NCBI RefSeq assembly: GCF_009914755.1
Contig: NC_060926.1
DNA from: the human T2T-CHM13v2.0 reference genome, Homo sapiens
DNA length: 64,000 nt
Reading direction: 5' to 3' (one strand)
Position 1 is the first letter of the stretch, and each line of letters starts with the position of its first letter. Shown one piece after another: positions 1-22,580 of this stretch. Both the position numbers and the translations under genes were made by a program. The notes beneath the pieces are model-generated. The model was not told the DNA's origin. It did not search any database and worked only from the letters and a program-made list of their open reading frames with translations.

Positions 1-246
1 AGTTAATACACATAAAGCATTTTAGCAAATGTTTACTATTATTATAATGAAGAAAAGAACCAGATAGTAAATGGTTATCTCTGAGTGATGAGATTGCCAA
101 TTATTTTTCTTTTTTATATTTTGTGTATGTGTATTTCCTAACTGTGAACATGGTTGTAGAATAAGACACTTTTATAAAATCCTTTAACTGGAATTTTCAA
201 GTATTTATATTGGCTTTTTTTTTTAATATTAAATGCTTTACCTTAA

Positions 247-465
<219 letters not shown>

Positions 466-555
466 TAAGATGAATTAAGTAATTTAGATAGAATGTATCC
501 TAGAGAATCAAGTGTCTATGTTGCTTTTCAATGTATTCTCCTTAGAGAATCATGA

Positions 556-821
<266 letters not shown>

Positions 822-1283
822 TGATCCACCTGCCTCAGCCTCCCGAAGTGCTGGGATTACAGGCATGAGCCACCACGCCTGGCTACTTTAAAAGTTTTTG
901 GTTTGTTTTGAGACAGGGTCTCACTCTGTCACCCAGACTGGAGTGCAGTGGTGCGCTCACAGCAACCTCCATCTCCCAGGCTTAAGCGATCCTCCCACTC
1001 CAGCCTCCCTAGTAGCTGAGACTACAGGCATGGGCCACCATGCCCAGCTAATTTTTATATTGTTAGTAGAGACAGGGTTTTGCCATGTTGCCCGGGCTAG
1101 TCTCAAATTCCTGAGGTGAAGTGATCTGCCCACCTTGGCCTCCCAAAGTGTTAAAATTACAGGCATGAGCCGCTACACCTAGCCACATTAAAATTTTAAA
1201 ATCGACTTTATTGAGCTATCGTTTATATATAGTAAAATTCACCTGTTTTGAGTGTAAGTCCTTTATCAGATAAAAGTTTTGTG

Positions 1284-1352
1284 GTGCTTGCTTCAGAAAC
1301 ATATATACTAAAATTGTAATACAGAGAAGTTAGTATGGCCCTGTGCAAGGAT
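1284..1352 (+). pseudogene. 3'-truncated U6 snRNA retrocopy
   Basis: gtgcttgcttcagaaacatatatactaaaattg...acagagaagttagtatggccctgtgcaaggat aligns to U6 nt 1 to ~73, including the ACAGAGA box. Confidence 0.9.
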
Positions 1353-3072
1353 TTAAAACAATTTTTTTTAAGGTTTGCAAATGTTTTTTCTCACAGTGTG
1401 GCTTATCTTTTTATTTTCTGAATAATGTCTTTCAGAGAGTTTTAAATTTTGATGAATTCACAATTTAGCAATTTTTAAATTTTACAATGTATCCTTTTTG
1501 CACCCTAAGATTATCTTCTATGCTTTCTTTTAGAAGCTTTTATAGTTCTTCTTACATTCTGTGATCTGTTTTGAGTTCATTTTTGTGTCATATGAAGTAA
1601 GGATGAAGATTAGTATTTTTACATATGTGCATCCAGTTGCTCCAGCACCATTTATTAAAAAATTATTGTACCTCCGTTGAATTACCTTAATAATGTTGTC
1701 AAAAATCCATTGAGTGATTTTTGACACTCAATGTGGGTGGTGGCTCGCACCTATAATTCCAGCACATTGGGAAGCCAAGGCAGGCGGATCGCTTGAGCCC
1801 AGGATTTTGAAACCAGCCTAGGCAGTACAGGGAGACTTTGTCTCTACAAAAAAATTTTAAGAATTGCCAGATGTGATGACACACACATGTAGTCCCAGCT
1901 ACTCAGGAGGCTGAGGTGGGCAGATCACTTGAGCCCAGGATGTCCAGGCGGCAGTGAGCCAAGATCTGGCCACTGCACTCCAACCTGGGCAACAGAGAGA
2001 GACCTTGCCTCAAGAAAAAAAAATCAATTGACTGTATCTATGGGATCTATGTCTGGACTGTACTCTGTTACCCTCATTAATATGTCCACCCTTATGCCAA
2101 TACCACAGTGTCTTTAAATTACATAGCATAAGATCTCCAACTTTTTTTTTTTTTTTTTTTTTTTGAGACAGAGTCTCACTCTGTCACCCAGGCTAGGGTG
2201 TGGTGGCTCAATCTGGCTCGCTGCCAGCTCCACCTCCCGGGTTCACGCCATTCTCCTGCCTCAGCCTCCTAAATAGCTGGGACTACAGGTGCCTGCCACC
2301 ATGCCCTGCTAATTTTTTGTATTTTTAGTAGAGACGGGGTTTCACCGTGTTAGCCAGGATGGTCTGGATCTCCCGACCTCATGATCCACCCGCCTCAGCC
2401 TCCCAAAGTGCTGGGATTACAGGCATGAGCCACCGTGCCCAGCCAAGATCTCCAACCTGTAAAAAATTGTTTTAGCTATTCTAGGTCCTTTGCTTTTACA
2501 TATAAACTTTGGAATGAACCTGACAATTTCTATTAAAATCCCTGCTTGGATTTTAATTGGGATCACATTGAATCTGTTTCACATAGATTCACAATGGGAA
2601 TCTATTTCACATCCACATTGAATCAGATTCCCATCAATTTAGGGGCCAGGCATGGTGGCTCACACCTGTAATTCCAGCACTTTGGGAGGCCGAGGCGGGT
2701 GGATCACTTAAGGTCAGGTGTTCGAGACCAGCCTGGGCAACATGGGAAACCCTGTCTCTACTAAAAATACAAAAATTAGCCAGGTGTGGTAGTGGGTACC
2801 TGTAATCCCAGCTACTCAGGAGGCTGAGACAGGAGAATCACTTGAACCCGCGAGGCTGAGGTTGCAATGAACCAAGATCGTGCCACTGCACTCCAGCCTG
2901 GGCAACAGAGTAAGCTTCCATCTTAAAGAAAACAAAAAATTTAGGGATAAGTGATGTCTTAACAATATTAAGTCTTCTAGTCAATGGGCAATTTAGGTCT
3001 TGTTCATTTTATCAGCAGTATTTTATTGCTTTACGTACAGGTCTTGCACATATTTTATTAAATTTATACTGA

Positions 3073-3494
<422 letters not shown>

Positions 3495-3766
3495 TGATCC
3501 ACCCACCTCAGCTTCCCAAAGCGCTGGGATTACAGGCATGAGCCACCGCGCCAGGCCTAATTTTTGTATTTTTTTGGTAGAGATGGGGTTTCACCATGTT
3601 GGCCAGGCTGGTCTTGAACTCATGACCTCAAGTGATCCGCTCGCCTCAGCCCCCCAAAGTGCTAGGATTACAGGTTTGAGCCATCAGGCCTGGCGTTGTT
3701 TGTTTGTTTGTTTGTTTGTTTGTTTTGGGAGATGGAGTCTCCGTCGCCCAGGATGGAGTGCAATGA

Positions 3767-3889
<123 letters not shown>

Positions 3890-4141
3890 TGAGACGAGGT
3901 TTTCCTGTGTTGCCCAGGCTGGTCTCAAAATCCTGAGCTCATGTGATTTGACCACCTCAGCCTCTCAGAGTGCTGGAATTACAGATCTGAGCTACAGCAC
4001 CCAGCTTGAATTATTTTAATTTTTGATGCTATTGTAAATAGTATTTTAAAATCTCAACTTCCAGTTGTTCATTGCTAATACTTGTAAACACAGTTGACTT
4101 TTATATGTTGAGTTTATATCTTGTTACCTTGCTAAATTCAC

Positions 4142-4455
<314 letters not shown>

Positions 4456-4816
4456 GCTAAATTCACTTTTTAGTTCAAGTAGATTTTTTTTACAGATTTC
4501 TTAGAATGTTCTTCATAAACAATCATTCTGTCTACAAATACATTGTTACTTCTTCCTTTTCAATCTGTAAACTTTTTATTTCTTTTTCTTGCATTTTTGT
4601 ACTGGCTAACACCACTACTATAATGTTGAATGAAAGTGGTGGACGTCCTTGCCTTATTCCCAACTGGGAGAAAACATTTGGTGGGTCACCACTTAGTATG
4701 ATGTTTCTTACAGTGATCTCCTAGGTGCCTTTTATCAAGATGAGGAATTTCTCTCTATTTCTAGATTACTAAGTGTTTCATTGTTTATTATTTCTTTTTT
4801 TTTTTTTTTTTTTTGA

Positions 4817-4975
<159 letters not shown>

Positions 4976-5678
4976 TAGTAGAGACTAAAACGTTGGCCAG
5001 GCTGGTCTCAAGCTCCCGACCTCAGGTGATCCACACGCCTCGACCTCCCAAAGTGCTGGGATTACAGGCCTGAGCCACCGTGCCCATCCTGTTATTACCA
5101 TTAATGGATATTGGATTTTGTTAAATGCTTTTTCTGCATCTATTGAGATGTTCATAGTTTTTCCTTTTTATTCTGTTAATATGGCGAGTTACTTCTATTA
5201 ATTTTCAAATATAAACAAATCTTGCATTCCTGGAGTGAACCCTACTTCATTATGATGTATTACCATTTTTATATGCTGTCGGATTCAGTTTTCTAAAATT
5301 TTGTTAAGAATATTTGCACCAGGTGTGGTGGCTAATGCCTGTAATCCCAGCACTTTGGGAAGCCAAGGCAGGCGGATCACTTAAGGCTGGAAGTTTGAGA
5401 CCAGCCTGGCCAACATGGCAAAACCCTGTCTCTACTAAAATTACAAAAATTGGCCGGGCGCGGTGGCTCATGCCTGTAATCCCAGCACTTTGGGAGGCCG
5501 AGGTGGGTGAATCACAAGGTCAGAAGTTCGAGACCAGTGTGGCCAACATAGTGAAACCCCGTCTCTACTAAAAATACAAAAAATTAGCTGGATGTGGTGG
5601 TGTGCGCCTATAATCCCAGCTACTGGGGAGGCTGAGGCAGGAGAATCCCGTGAACCCAGGAAGTGAAGGTTTCAGTTA

Positions 5679-5855
<177 letters not shown>

Positions 5856-5934
5856 TCACACCACTGCACTCCAGCCTGGGCAACAGATTGAGACTCTGTC
5901 ATAAATAAATAAACAAACAAACAAACAAAAATTA

Positions 5935-6177
<243 letters not shown>

Positions 6178-6830
6178 TTAGATTTAATTAGCTCTCGTAT
6201 TTCCTAAGTCATATTTCTAGAGTTAAATAGTTTTTGTTTTTCATAACATGATTTTTTCATTGGCTTGTCCTTATCAGACCAGAGCAGGGTATCAATCTTC
6301 CAAAATTCAGGCTGCTATGGTAGGGAGAAGCAGAGATCCTTTTGAATAGTAACAGTAATGTCAAGTGTTACATACTCCATACTCCTCTGCCAAAATATAT
6401 CATGCATGAGCCTGTTTAGTCTTTATGATATTATAAAGTAGATAATAATCATCATTGAATAGAACAGGAAGCAGACCATGACAGGCTAAGCATCTTGCCC
6501 AGCCTACAAGATTGTGAATCTAATATAAGTGGCATACCAAAGATTAATACCAAGTCTCTAACTTCATCTTTCCGTGATGTTGTAATGACTAGTGTGGGCA
6601 GAGCCCATCTGACCTGTGACAGATAAGCTGACGTGAGTCTTGCATTTGAGGGTTCTGTAAAATCCTGAGGCATATGACTATTAAATGTGAAACCATCAAG
6701 TGTTTATTCTTCTATTTTATATGTGAAACTTGGGCATATACTTAATTATCCTATGCCACAGAAAGATTCCTATTGCGATTCACTTAAATGATCTTCTGTA
6801 GGGTAGCATTTAAGTCAATTAGAAAGATGA

Positions 6831-7058
<228 letters not shown>

Positions 7059-7170
7059 AGATAATACCTGGAAGCATCATAGTGGTTTCTTAACTCTCCA
7101 AAATAAGATTTCTTCTCTGTAGCCTACTTGTCTGGTTTATCCCTTACAGAATATTAGTAAGATTTAATCA

Positions 7171-7176
7171 ATTAAA
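7171..7176 (+). terminator. NDUFB3: NDUFB3 polyadenylation signal ATTAAA
   Basis: ATTAAA about 110 nt after the stop, followed by T-rich downstream sequence. Confidence 0.6.
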
Positions 7177-7213
7177 ATATATATATATGCCAATCTGCTT
7201 TTGTCATTCTTAA

Positions 7214-7669
<456 letters not shown>

Positions 7670-8134
7670 TGATCCACCCGCCTCAGCCTCCCAAAGTGTT
7701 GGGATTACAGGCGTGAGCCACCGCGCCTGGCTGGCCTTGCTGCTTTTATCATCCTCTTCAGATGGTTTAGAGGAACCCAGATTCTACTGCCCTTTTCTGG
7801 CTGACACATCCATGTATCATGTTCATTTTTCTTAATTGTGGTATTTTGTGGTATTTTCTACTCTTGCTTAGTCCTCTTAGTCCTTAGTCCTCATTGTTCT
7901 TATGTCATGAAAAACCTTACATTTTTTTCTTCTTTTTTTTGTTTTTTGAGATAGGGTTTTGCTCTGTCACCCAGACTGGAGTGCAGTGGGAGAGTGATCT
8001 TGGCTCACTGCAACCTCAGCCTCCCTGGGCTCAAGGGATCCTTCCACCATACCAGGCTATCTTTTTGTATTTTTAGTAGAGGTGGGGTTTCGCCTTGTTG
8101 CCCAAGCTGGTCTCAAACTCCTGGGCTCAAATGA

Positions 8135-8554
<420 letters not shown>

Positions 8555-8647
8555 TTAAATAATGAAACAGAGAAAATCCCAATGTGAATTTTTTTCTTTT
8601 CTTTTTTTTTTTTTTTGGTTTGAGAATGAGTCTTTCTCCCAGCCTAG

Positions 8648-8929
<282 letters not shown>

Positions 8930-9110
8930 TAAATGTAAAGCAATGCTAAAGTGAGATGAATTTCTAATAAACTGATAGTGGTAAATAGAATATGGTAATA
9001 TGAAACATAAAAAAGACTCCATGCAAAAAAAGGAAAGCGTTTATTTTTTAATTTAGATAAAAATTTAATACATACTTTCTTCTCTGTGTTTTGTTTGTTT
9101 GTTGAGATAG

Positions 9111-10515
<1,405 letters not shown>

Positions 10516-11092
10516 ATAGGGAAGGTGTGGTGGCCCACATCTATAATCCCAGCACTTTGGGAGGCCGAGGTAGGAGGATTACTTAAGATCAGGAATTCAA
10601 GACCAGCCCAGGCAACAGGACAAGACTCTGTCTCTAAAAACAAAAAAAGTTAAAAAAAATTAGCCAGGCGTGATGGCGTGCACCTGTAGTCCCAGCTACT
10701 CAGGAAGCTGAGGCAGGAGGATTGCTTGGGCCCAGGAGGTCGAGGCTAGAGTGACCTGTGATCATGCCACTGCACTCCATCCAACCTGGGCAACAGAGTG
10801 AGGGCCTGTCTCAAAAACAATAATTTAAAAAAATTTAAGAATTTTGAATCACTCACTTTCTAACAAAACCCAGGGAATGTACAAGACTATCTCTTGGGGT
10901 AAAAGGAGCAAGTATTTAAACCTCTGTTTTTATTTCCATGTTTAATGAAAATGAATTGGTGGCTCGGCACAGTGGCTCACGCCTGTAATCCCAGCACTTT
11001 GGGAGGCTGAGGCAGGCAGATCACGAGGTCAGGAGATCAAGACCATCCTGGCCAACATGATGAAACCCCATCTCTACTAAAAATAAAAATTA

Positions 11093-11293
<201 letters not shown>

Positions 11294-11546
11294 TTAATAG
11301 ATTCACAGTGAAGTTTGCTCTCACATGGCGGATACCAAAGCAGTCACACAGAATTAGTGGTAAGTTATCCTGAAGTGAAAGTAAGAGTTCTACCCTCCAA
11401 AGGAGAGAACAAAAGGAGTTTTCAGCAGATTGCTATAGACTATACTTTGTATGTCCTCAGTTTTGGAATTTATTATCTACTAATTACTGTTTTCTTGTTT
11501 TTCATTTTTTGTGGTTTCTTGGTTTTTTTTTTTTTTTTTTTTTTAG

Positions 11547-11888
<342 letters not shown>

Positions 11889-12462
11889 TGAGATGGGATC
11901 TCACTGTGTTACCCAGGCTGGGTGCAGTGGTGCAAGCACAGCTCACTGCAGCCTGGACCTCCTGGGATCAAGTGATCCTCTTGCAGCCTCATAAGTAGCT
12001 GGGACTGCAGGCACATACCACCACACCCGGCTAATTTTTTTATTTTTGTAGAGACAGGGAGCTCACCATGTTGCCCAAGTTGGTCTCAAACTCCTGGGCT
12101 CAAGGAATCCTCCCACCTTGACCTCCCACAGTACTGAGATTAGAGGTGTGAACCTCTGCACCCAGCCTTGTCTACTAGTTTTAACTAAACCTTCATGAAG
12201 TAGATAAGTGGCTTAAAAAGATTTTTTTACAAAGAAACTGCTGATTGAAGCTAATACTAATAACCCAACAACAAGCAAACAAGAATAAAATAGAAGAGCT
12301 ATGAACTCCGTCAGCAACATTATCAGTAAATAGGATGATCTAATCACGAGACGAGTCAACCAAAAAAAAAAGAAGATTGAAATAAGGACCTGAAGCCCAG
12401 GCACAGTGGCTCATGCCTGTAATCCTAGCACTTTGGGAGGCCGAGGTGGGCGGATTGCCTCA

Positions 12463-12741
<279 letters not shown>

Positions 12742-12806
12742 CTAACAGTGTACTGATCTGTTAACTAATGATAGCGTGTAGTCATCATGATTAGTAAGAC
12801 ATTTAA

Positions 12807-13220
<414 letters not shown>

Positions 13221-13277
13221 TAACAAAATGTTACATCACAGGTTGGGATTTACTGTAATTTTTACTCACAATATTCA

Positions 13278-13625
<348 letters not shown>

Positions 13626-13938
13626 TTACCACTTTGGGAGGCTGAGGTGGAAGGATTGCTTGAGCCCAGGAGACTAGCCTGGGCAATGAAGTGAGACCCC
13701 CGTCTCCACAGACATTTTTAAAAATCAGACGGGCATGGTGGTGTGAACCTGTAGTCCCAGCTACTCAGGAGGCTGAGGCAGGAAGATCACTTAAGCCCGG
13801 AGGGAAGGTTACCTGGGCGACAGTGAGATTCTGTCTCTAAATTTAAAAATTTTAAAATAGCATTTGAGGCCTTCATCAGATTTTTAGAGTATTTTAAATG
13901 TATAGTTTATTAAGTACAACCCAGGTAGTTTATTTTTA

Positions 13939-14269
<331 letters not shown>

Positions 14270-14554
14270 TTACTTCATGATGGCCTCTCAGTTGGCAACA
14301 TGAGTTTCAAAATTTTATATAATCCTCACTCACCCTCCAAATCTCTAGAGTTGCAAAGTACTCCAATTCAAATATCTATGAGAGGCCATGCGTGGTGGCT
14401 CATGCCTGTCATCCCAGCACCTTCGGAGGCCAAGGCAGGCGGATGACCTGAGGTCAGGAGTTCAAGACCAGCTTGGCCAACATGGTGAAACCCTGTCTCT
14501 GCAAAAACACAAAAATTAGCCAGGCATGATGGCGGGTGCCTGTAATCCTAGCTA

Positions 14555-14659
<105 letters not shown>

Positions 14660-15441
14660 TCACAAACAAACAAACAAACAAACAAGCAAAAAATAGCTAT
14701 GAAAGTGGAATCCCTCAAGTCCTGGTTTACCTCAATACCAATTTGAGGAGAAAAAGCGAATTTTCTGCTTTTGTTTTTGTTTTGCATTGACTTGCCTTTG
14801 ATTCTGTCAGAAAGGATTTATGGAAAAGAGGAATCTTATTTTAATCTTCTATACTATGTTATATATATATATTTTTAATTTATATATAGTATTACATTGT
14901 TGTAAGTTTACACTTATAATAAACTATCCAAAATGCTAACTAATTTAAAGATTAAATTATTAGTCCCATATACTGTATTAGACTGAATTACTTTTGATAC
15001 ATATAAACAATTTAAAACTGCTTTAGAAGTCAAAAAGAAAAGGACAAAATTCCCTTGTCTCAAGGTCTGTATATTTTTCTGTTTAATATCACCTGCAACA
15101 AAATGAAGTAACTCTTTTGAAATATGGCCCCAAATTACAAAACTAACTGGAAAGAATTTTGGTTTGGTTGTTGCTAAACACTTGTGTTTCTGAGAATGCA
15201 TTACAAAATAAGAACATTGCAAAATAAGAACATGCATACTTATAATGAAAATCAGAAGATTTTGTGCAATTTGAAAAATTCACATATTTTGTGGGTTTTT
15301 TGTTTGTTTGTTTGTTTTCCAGATGGAGTTTCGCTCTTTGTTGCCCAGACTGGAGCACAGTGGCGCATCTCGGCTCACTGCAACTCCGCCTTCCAGGTTC
15401 AAGCGATTCTCCTGCCTCAGCCTCCCGAGTAGCTGGGACTA

Positions 15442-15597
<156 letters not shown>

Positions 15598-15931
15598 TCA
15601 AAAAAAAAAAAGAAAAGAAAAAAATATTTAGTACTCCCTGCACACGTTCTACCCACTCTCATTTTAATTAATTCCCAAGCTCAATTTGGAAAAACAGCAT
15701 TTAACATACATTTTCCTGCTGATTTGGTAACTAATCAAATATCGTTCTAAATTTACTTTCATATTTTAAATACATTGGTCAGGCATTTTACCTTATTATA
15801 GAAAACGAAGAGTTTTTTAAAAATATATATTTGCATTGGCCGGGCGCGGTGGCTCACACCTGTAATCCCAGCACTTTGGGAGGCCAAGGCGGGCGGGTCA
15901 CGAGGTCAGGAGATCGAGACCATCCTGGCTA

Positions 15932-16495
<564 letters not shown>

Positions 16496-16694
16496 AATTA
16501 TAAAAAATGAAACTGGCTGGGTGTGGTGAATCATGTCTGTAATCCCAGCACTTTGGGAGGTCGAGGTGGGCAGATCACCTGAGGTCAGGAGTTCAAGATG
16601 AGCCTGGCCAACATGGTGAAACCCCGTCTCTACTAAAAACACAAAAAAATTGGCTGGGCGTGGTGGTGGGCGCCTGTATAATCCCAGCAAGTCA

Positions 16695-16799
<105 letters not shown>

Positions 16800-16914
16800 T
16801 CAAAAAAAAAAAAAAACCAAATTGTCATTAAACTTTTAAAAATTGCACAGAACTTTGTACTCTCCTAATAAAACATATCTTGTTTTACCTCGTAACTCGC
16901 ATTTTTTTTTTTGA

Positions 16915-17016
<102 letters not shown>

Positions 17017-17019
17017 TGA

Positions 17020-17220
<201 letters not shown>

Positions 17221-17330
17221 TAATCTCTACCAGATTAGAAATCTTGCAAATCTTGCCTTATTTATCCTGTCTCCTACACAGTGCCTTGCACATAGGAAAC
17301 ATTCACAAATGCTTAATTTGAACTTAATTC

Positions 17331-17492
17331 CAGACAGTGTCTTGCTATGTTGCCCAGGCTGGAGTACAGCGGCTATTGACATGTGTGATTATTGCACACT
17401 ACAGCCCTGAACTCCTGGGCTCAAGAGATCCTTCTACCTCAGTCTCCCAAGTAGCTGGAACTACAGGCACACACACACCACTTTGCCTAGCT
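17331..17492 (-). mobile_element. FAM (fossil Alu monomer)
   Basis: Reverse complement ...ggagttcagggctgtagtgtgcaataatcacacatgtcaatagccgctgtactccagcctgggcaacatag retains 7SL-derived segments that are absent from dimeric Alu. Confidence 0.75.
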
Positions 17493-17598
17493 AATTTCTT
17501 TTTTTTTTTTTCAGACGGAGTTTCACTCTTGTTGCCTAGGCTAGAGTTCAATGACATGATCTCGGTCACTGCAACCTCCGCCTCCAGGGCTCAAGTGA

Positions 17599-17865
<267 letters not shown>

Positions 17866-18085
17866 TAGTGGGCATGCACCACTATACCCACTAAATTTTA
17901 AAATTTTTATAGAGATGGAGTCTCACTATGTTGCCTAGGCTTGTCTTAAACTCCTGGGCTCAAATGATCCTCCCACCTTGGCCTCCCAAAGCGCTGGGAT
18001 CACAGGCCTGAGCCACGGTGCCCAGCCAAAAATTCTTATAATGAATATAAATTCTCATTTAAACTACTTATACATAGTTACACTA

Positions 18086-18454
<369 letters not shown>

Positions 18455-18491
18455 TCAATTGAAAATGGTTAAAGTCATTTTATTTATTCTT

Positions 18492-18527
<36 letters not shown>

Positions 18528-18751
18528 AGACGGAGTCTCACACTCTCGCCCAGGCTGGAGTGCAGTGGCGCCAGCCATCTCGGCTCACTACAAGCTCTGC
18601 CTCCCGGGTTCACGCCATTCTCCAGCCTCAGCCTCCCGAGTAGCTGGGATTACAGGCGCCCGCCACCATGCCCGGCTAATTTTTTGTATTTTTAGTAGAG
18701 ACAGGGTTTCACCGTGTTAGCCAGGATGGTCTGGATCTCCTGACCTTGTGA

Positions 18752-19128
<377 letters not shown>

Positions 19129-19354
19129 AAATCAACTTTTATGGAGCAATAAATTCCCCTTTTAGTTGACCATCTAAGGTCGATCTTGCTGGGTATGGTA
19201 GCACATGACTGTAATCCCAGTTACTTGGGAGCCTGAGACAGGAGAATCACTTGAACCCAAGAGGCAGAGGTTGCGGGAGCCAAGATCACACCACTGCGCT
19301 CCAGCCTGGGTGACAGAGCGAGACTCCATTTCAAACAAACAAACCAAAAAAAAA

Positions 19355-19535
19355 CATTGGTGACCTCCGGGGAGCGGGGACCACCAGGTTGACCAAGGAG
19401 GGATGAACCTGGGAGGTGAACTGGCCCAGATCAGAAATAGAGCAGGTCAAAAACTCCTGTGCTGATCAGTAGTGGGATCTGCTTGTGATTAGCCACTGCA
19501 CTGTAGCCTGGGCAACATAGTGAGACCTTGTCTAT
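19355..19535 (+). pseudogene. 7SL (SRP RNA) retrocopy: S domain and 3' end, followed by an A-rich tail
   Basis: tggtgacctccggggagcggggaccaccaggttg...gagcaggtcaaaaactcctgtgctgatcagtagtgggatc matches the 7SL S domain. Confidence 0.92.
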
Positions 19536-19676
19536 TAAAAAAAAATAAAAATAAAAAAAATAAAAAAAATAAAAAAAAAAATAAAGTCAATCATTTAAAA
19601 AAGAAAGAAACACAGTTGGGTGCGGTGGCTCACACCTGTAATCCCAGCACTTTAGGAGGCCGAGGCAGGCAGATCA

Positions 19677-19889
<213 letters not shown>

Positions 19890-20184
19890 TCAGAAGGAAG
19901 GAAGGAAGGAAAGGGAGGGAGGGAGGGAGGGAGCGAGGGAGCCCAGGCACAGACAGTGGTTCATGCCTGTAATCCCAGCACTTTGGGAGGCCGGGGTGAG
20001 GTGAGAGGAGCACTTGAGCCCAGGAGTTCAAGGTTTCAAGGTTATAGCATGCCAACACTGCACTCCAGCCTGGGTGACAGAATAGGACTCTATCTCTTAA
20101 AAAAAAAAAAAAAAGAAAAAGAAAAGTCAGATAAAGAGTAACTGAGAAAATAAACACACAACAGGTTTTGAAGGAGTTTTATAA

Positions 20185-20744
<560 letters not shown>

Positions 20745-20952
20745 TGATCCGCCCACCTCAGCCTCCCAAAGTGCTGGGATTACAGGCGTGAGCGACTGTG
20801 CCCAGCCACTTATTAGAATTTTTAAGCAAGGAGGAGCCGGGTGCGGTGGCTCATGCCTGTAATCCCAGCACTTTGAGAGGCAGAGCCGGGACGATTACCT
20901 GGGGTCAGGAGTTCGAGACCAGCCTGACCAATATGGTGAAACATGGTCTCTA

Positions 20953-21149
<197 letters not shown>

Positions 21150-22580
21150 TTACTATTTCAATTTCACATCTTGGCTATATTTTGACAAAGGAGATAATAC
21201 TCCTGTAAGAGTATAGCAATATAGCAACAATCGCCTGTCCCAAGCCAGGAATCAATCAGTGTTCCTCTCCCCATCTCCACCCCAATCTCAAGAACCTTTT
21301 ACTTCCCAACTAAACAACACAATTGGCAAATGAAGCCTGTGTGAAACCTGTATCAAAAACCAATAAGAGAGCCTGCAGCGAACCAATGTGTTACGCAGCT
21401 ACTCTCGTAAATGATTACTTGGCCTCTCATAGACTTCTCAGCAGAAGATGGACCTTTATATCCTGGTGGAAAGACTAATTTAATATTTCTGAGCATTTAT
21501 TTCTAATGCTATAATATTTCTAAACATTACATCATTATTTTCCGCCTTCCACTATCCTTTAAGGGCAATTAATTATTCTTGCTAAGGGGAATAAATGGCA
21601 TAACAAAATTATAATTCCAAAAAGTGACAAAATCTAAAACAACAAAGTGGTTTTGCATATGCAGTCTTGGTTGAGATTGTAGTGGGTTGATTGGCCACAT
21701 GATCAGAAATTTATTTCTGGAAAATTTTCACAGAAAAATGGGTAGGAATGGTGGTGGGGTCCATGTGGTATATGTCCTGAGGTCTGGGGCAGAGGACATT
21801 TACCAAATAATGTCTAAAGAGAGTGCTAAGACCCAAAGCCAGAAAATCCTGTCCAAATGGGTTATGGAAGTAAGATGGTGCAAGGACAAGAGCATAGATT
21901 CTAATTCAAGGGGATCATCAAGCCAGGCAGGCAAAGAAGAGAAATGGAACAACTCTGGACAGTAACTGGCAGGCCATCTGGATGAAAGCTGGTTACAGCT
22001 GCTATTGTCTAGGACTGAATCCCTTGTGTTAGGGCTGGTCTGATTCATTTAAAAAGTCTTAGCCAGGCATGGTGGCTCACACCTGTGATCTCAGGACTTT
22101 GGGAGGCCGAGGCCGGAGGACTGCATGAGCCCTGGAGTCCAAGACCAGCCTGGGCAACATAGGGAGACCTTGTCTCTACAAAAAAAGTAAAAATTAGCCA
22201 GGTATGATGGCATGTGCCTTTAGTACTAGCTACTTAGGAAGCTGAGGTAGGAGGACTGCTTGAGTCTAGGAGATCGAGGCTACAGTGAGCCATGTTTGCA
22301 CCACTACACTTGAGCCTGGGCAACAGAACAAGACCCCATCTCAAAAAAGAAAAAAATAAAAAGTCTGGAATGGAGCAGACACTAAACTTCATATCCTGGC
22401 AAAATTCCAGAGATACTGTGTCTTTAGCTTAGTCCTTTCCTGTCCAAAGGGCAAGTTATGGGACAGATTGATAGATCATTCATATCCAAGGAATAGCACT
22501 GATTTTAAGCAATTTGATTATCATGTTTGTTGGTGCAATTTTATTCATGTTTCTTGTACCTGGGGTTCATCGAACTTCTT

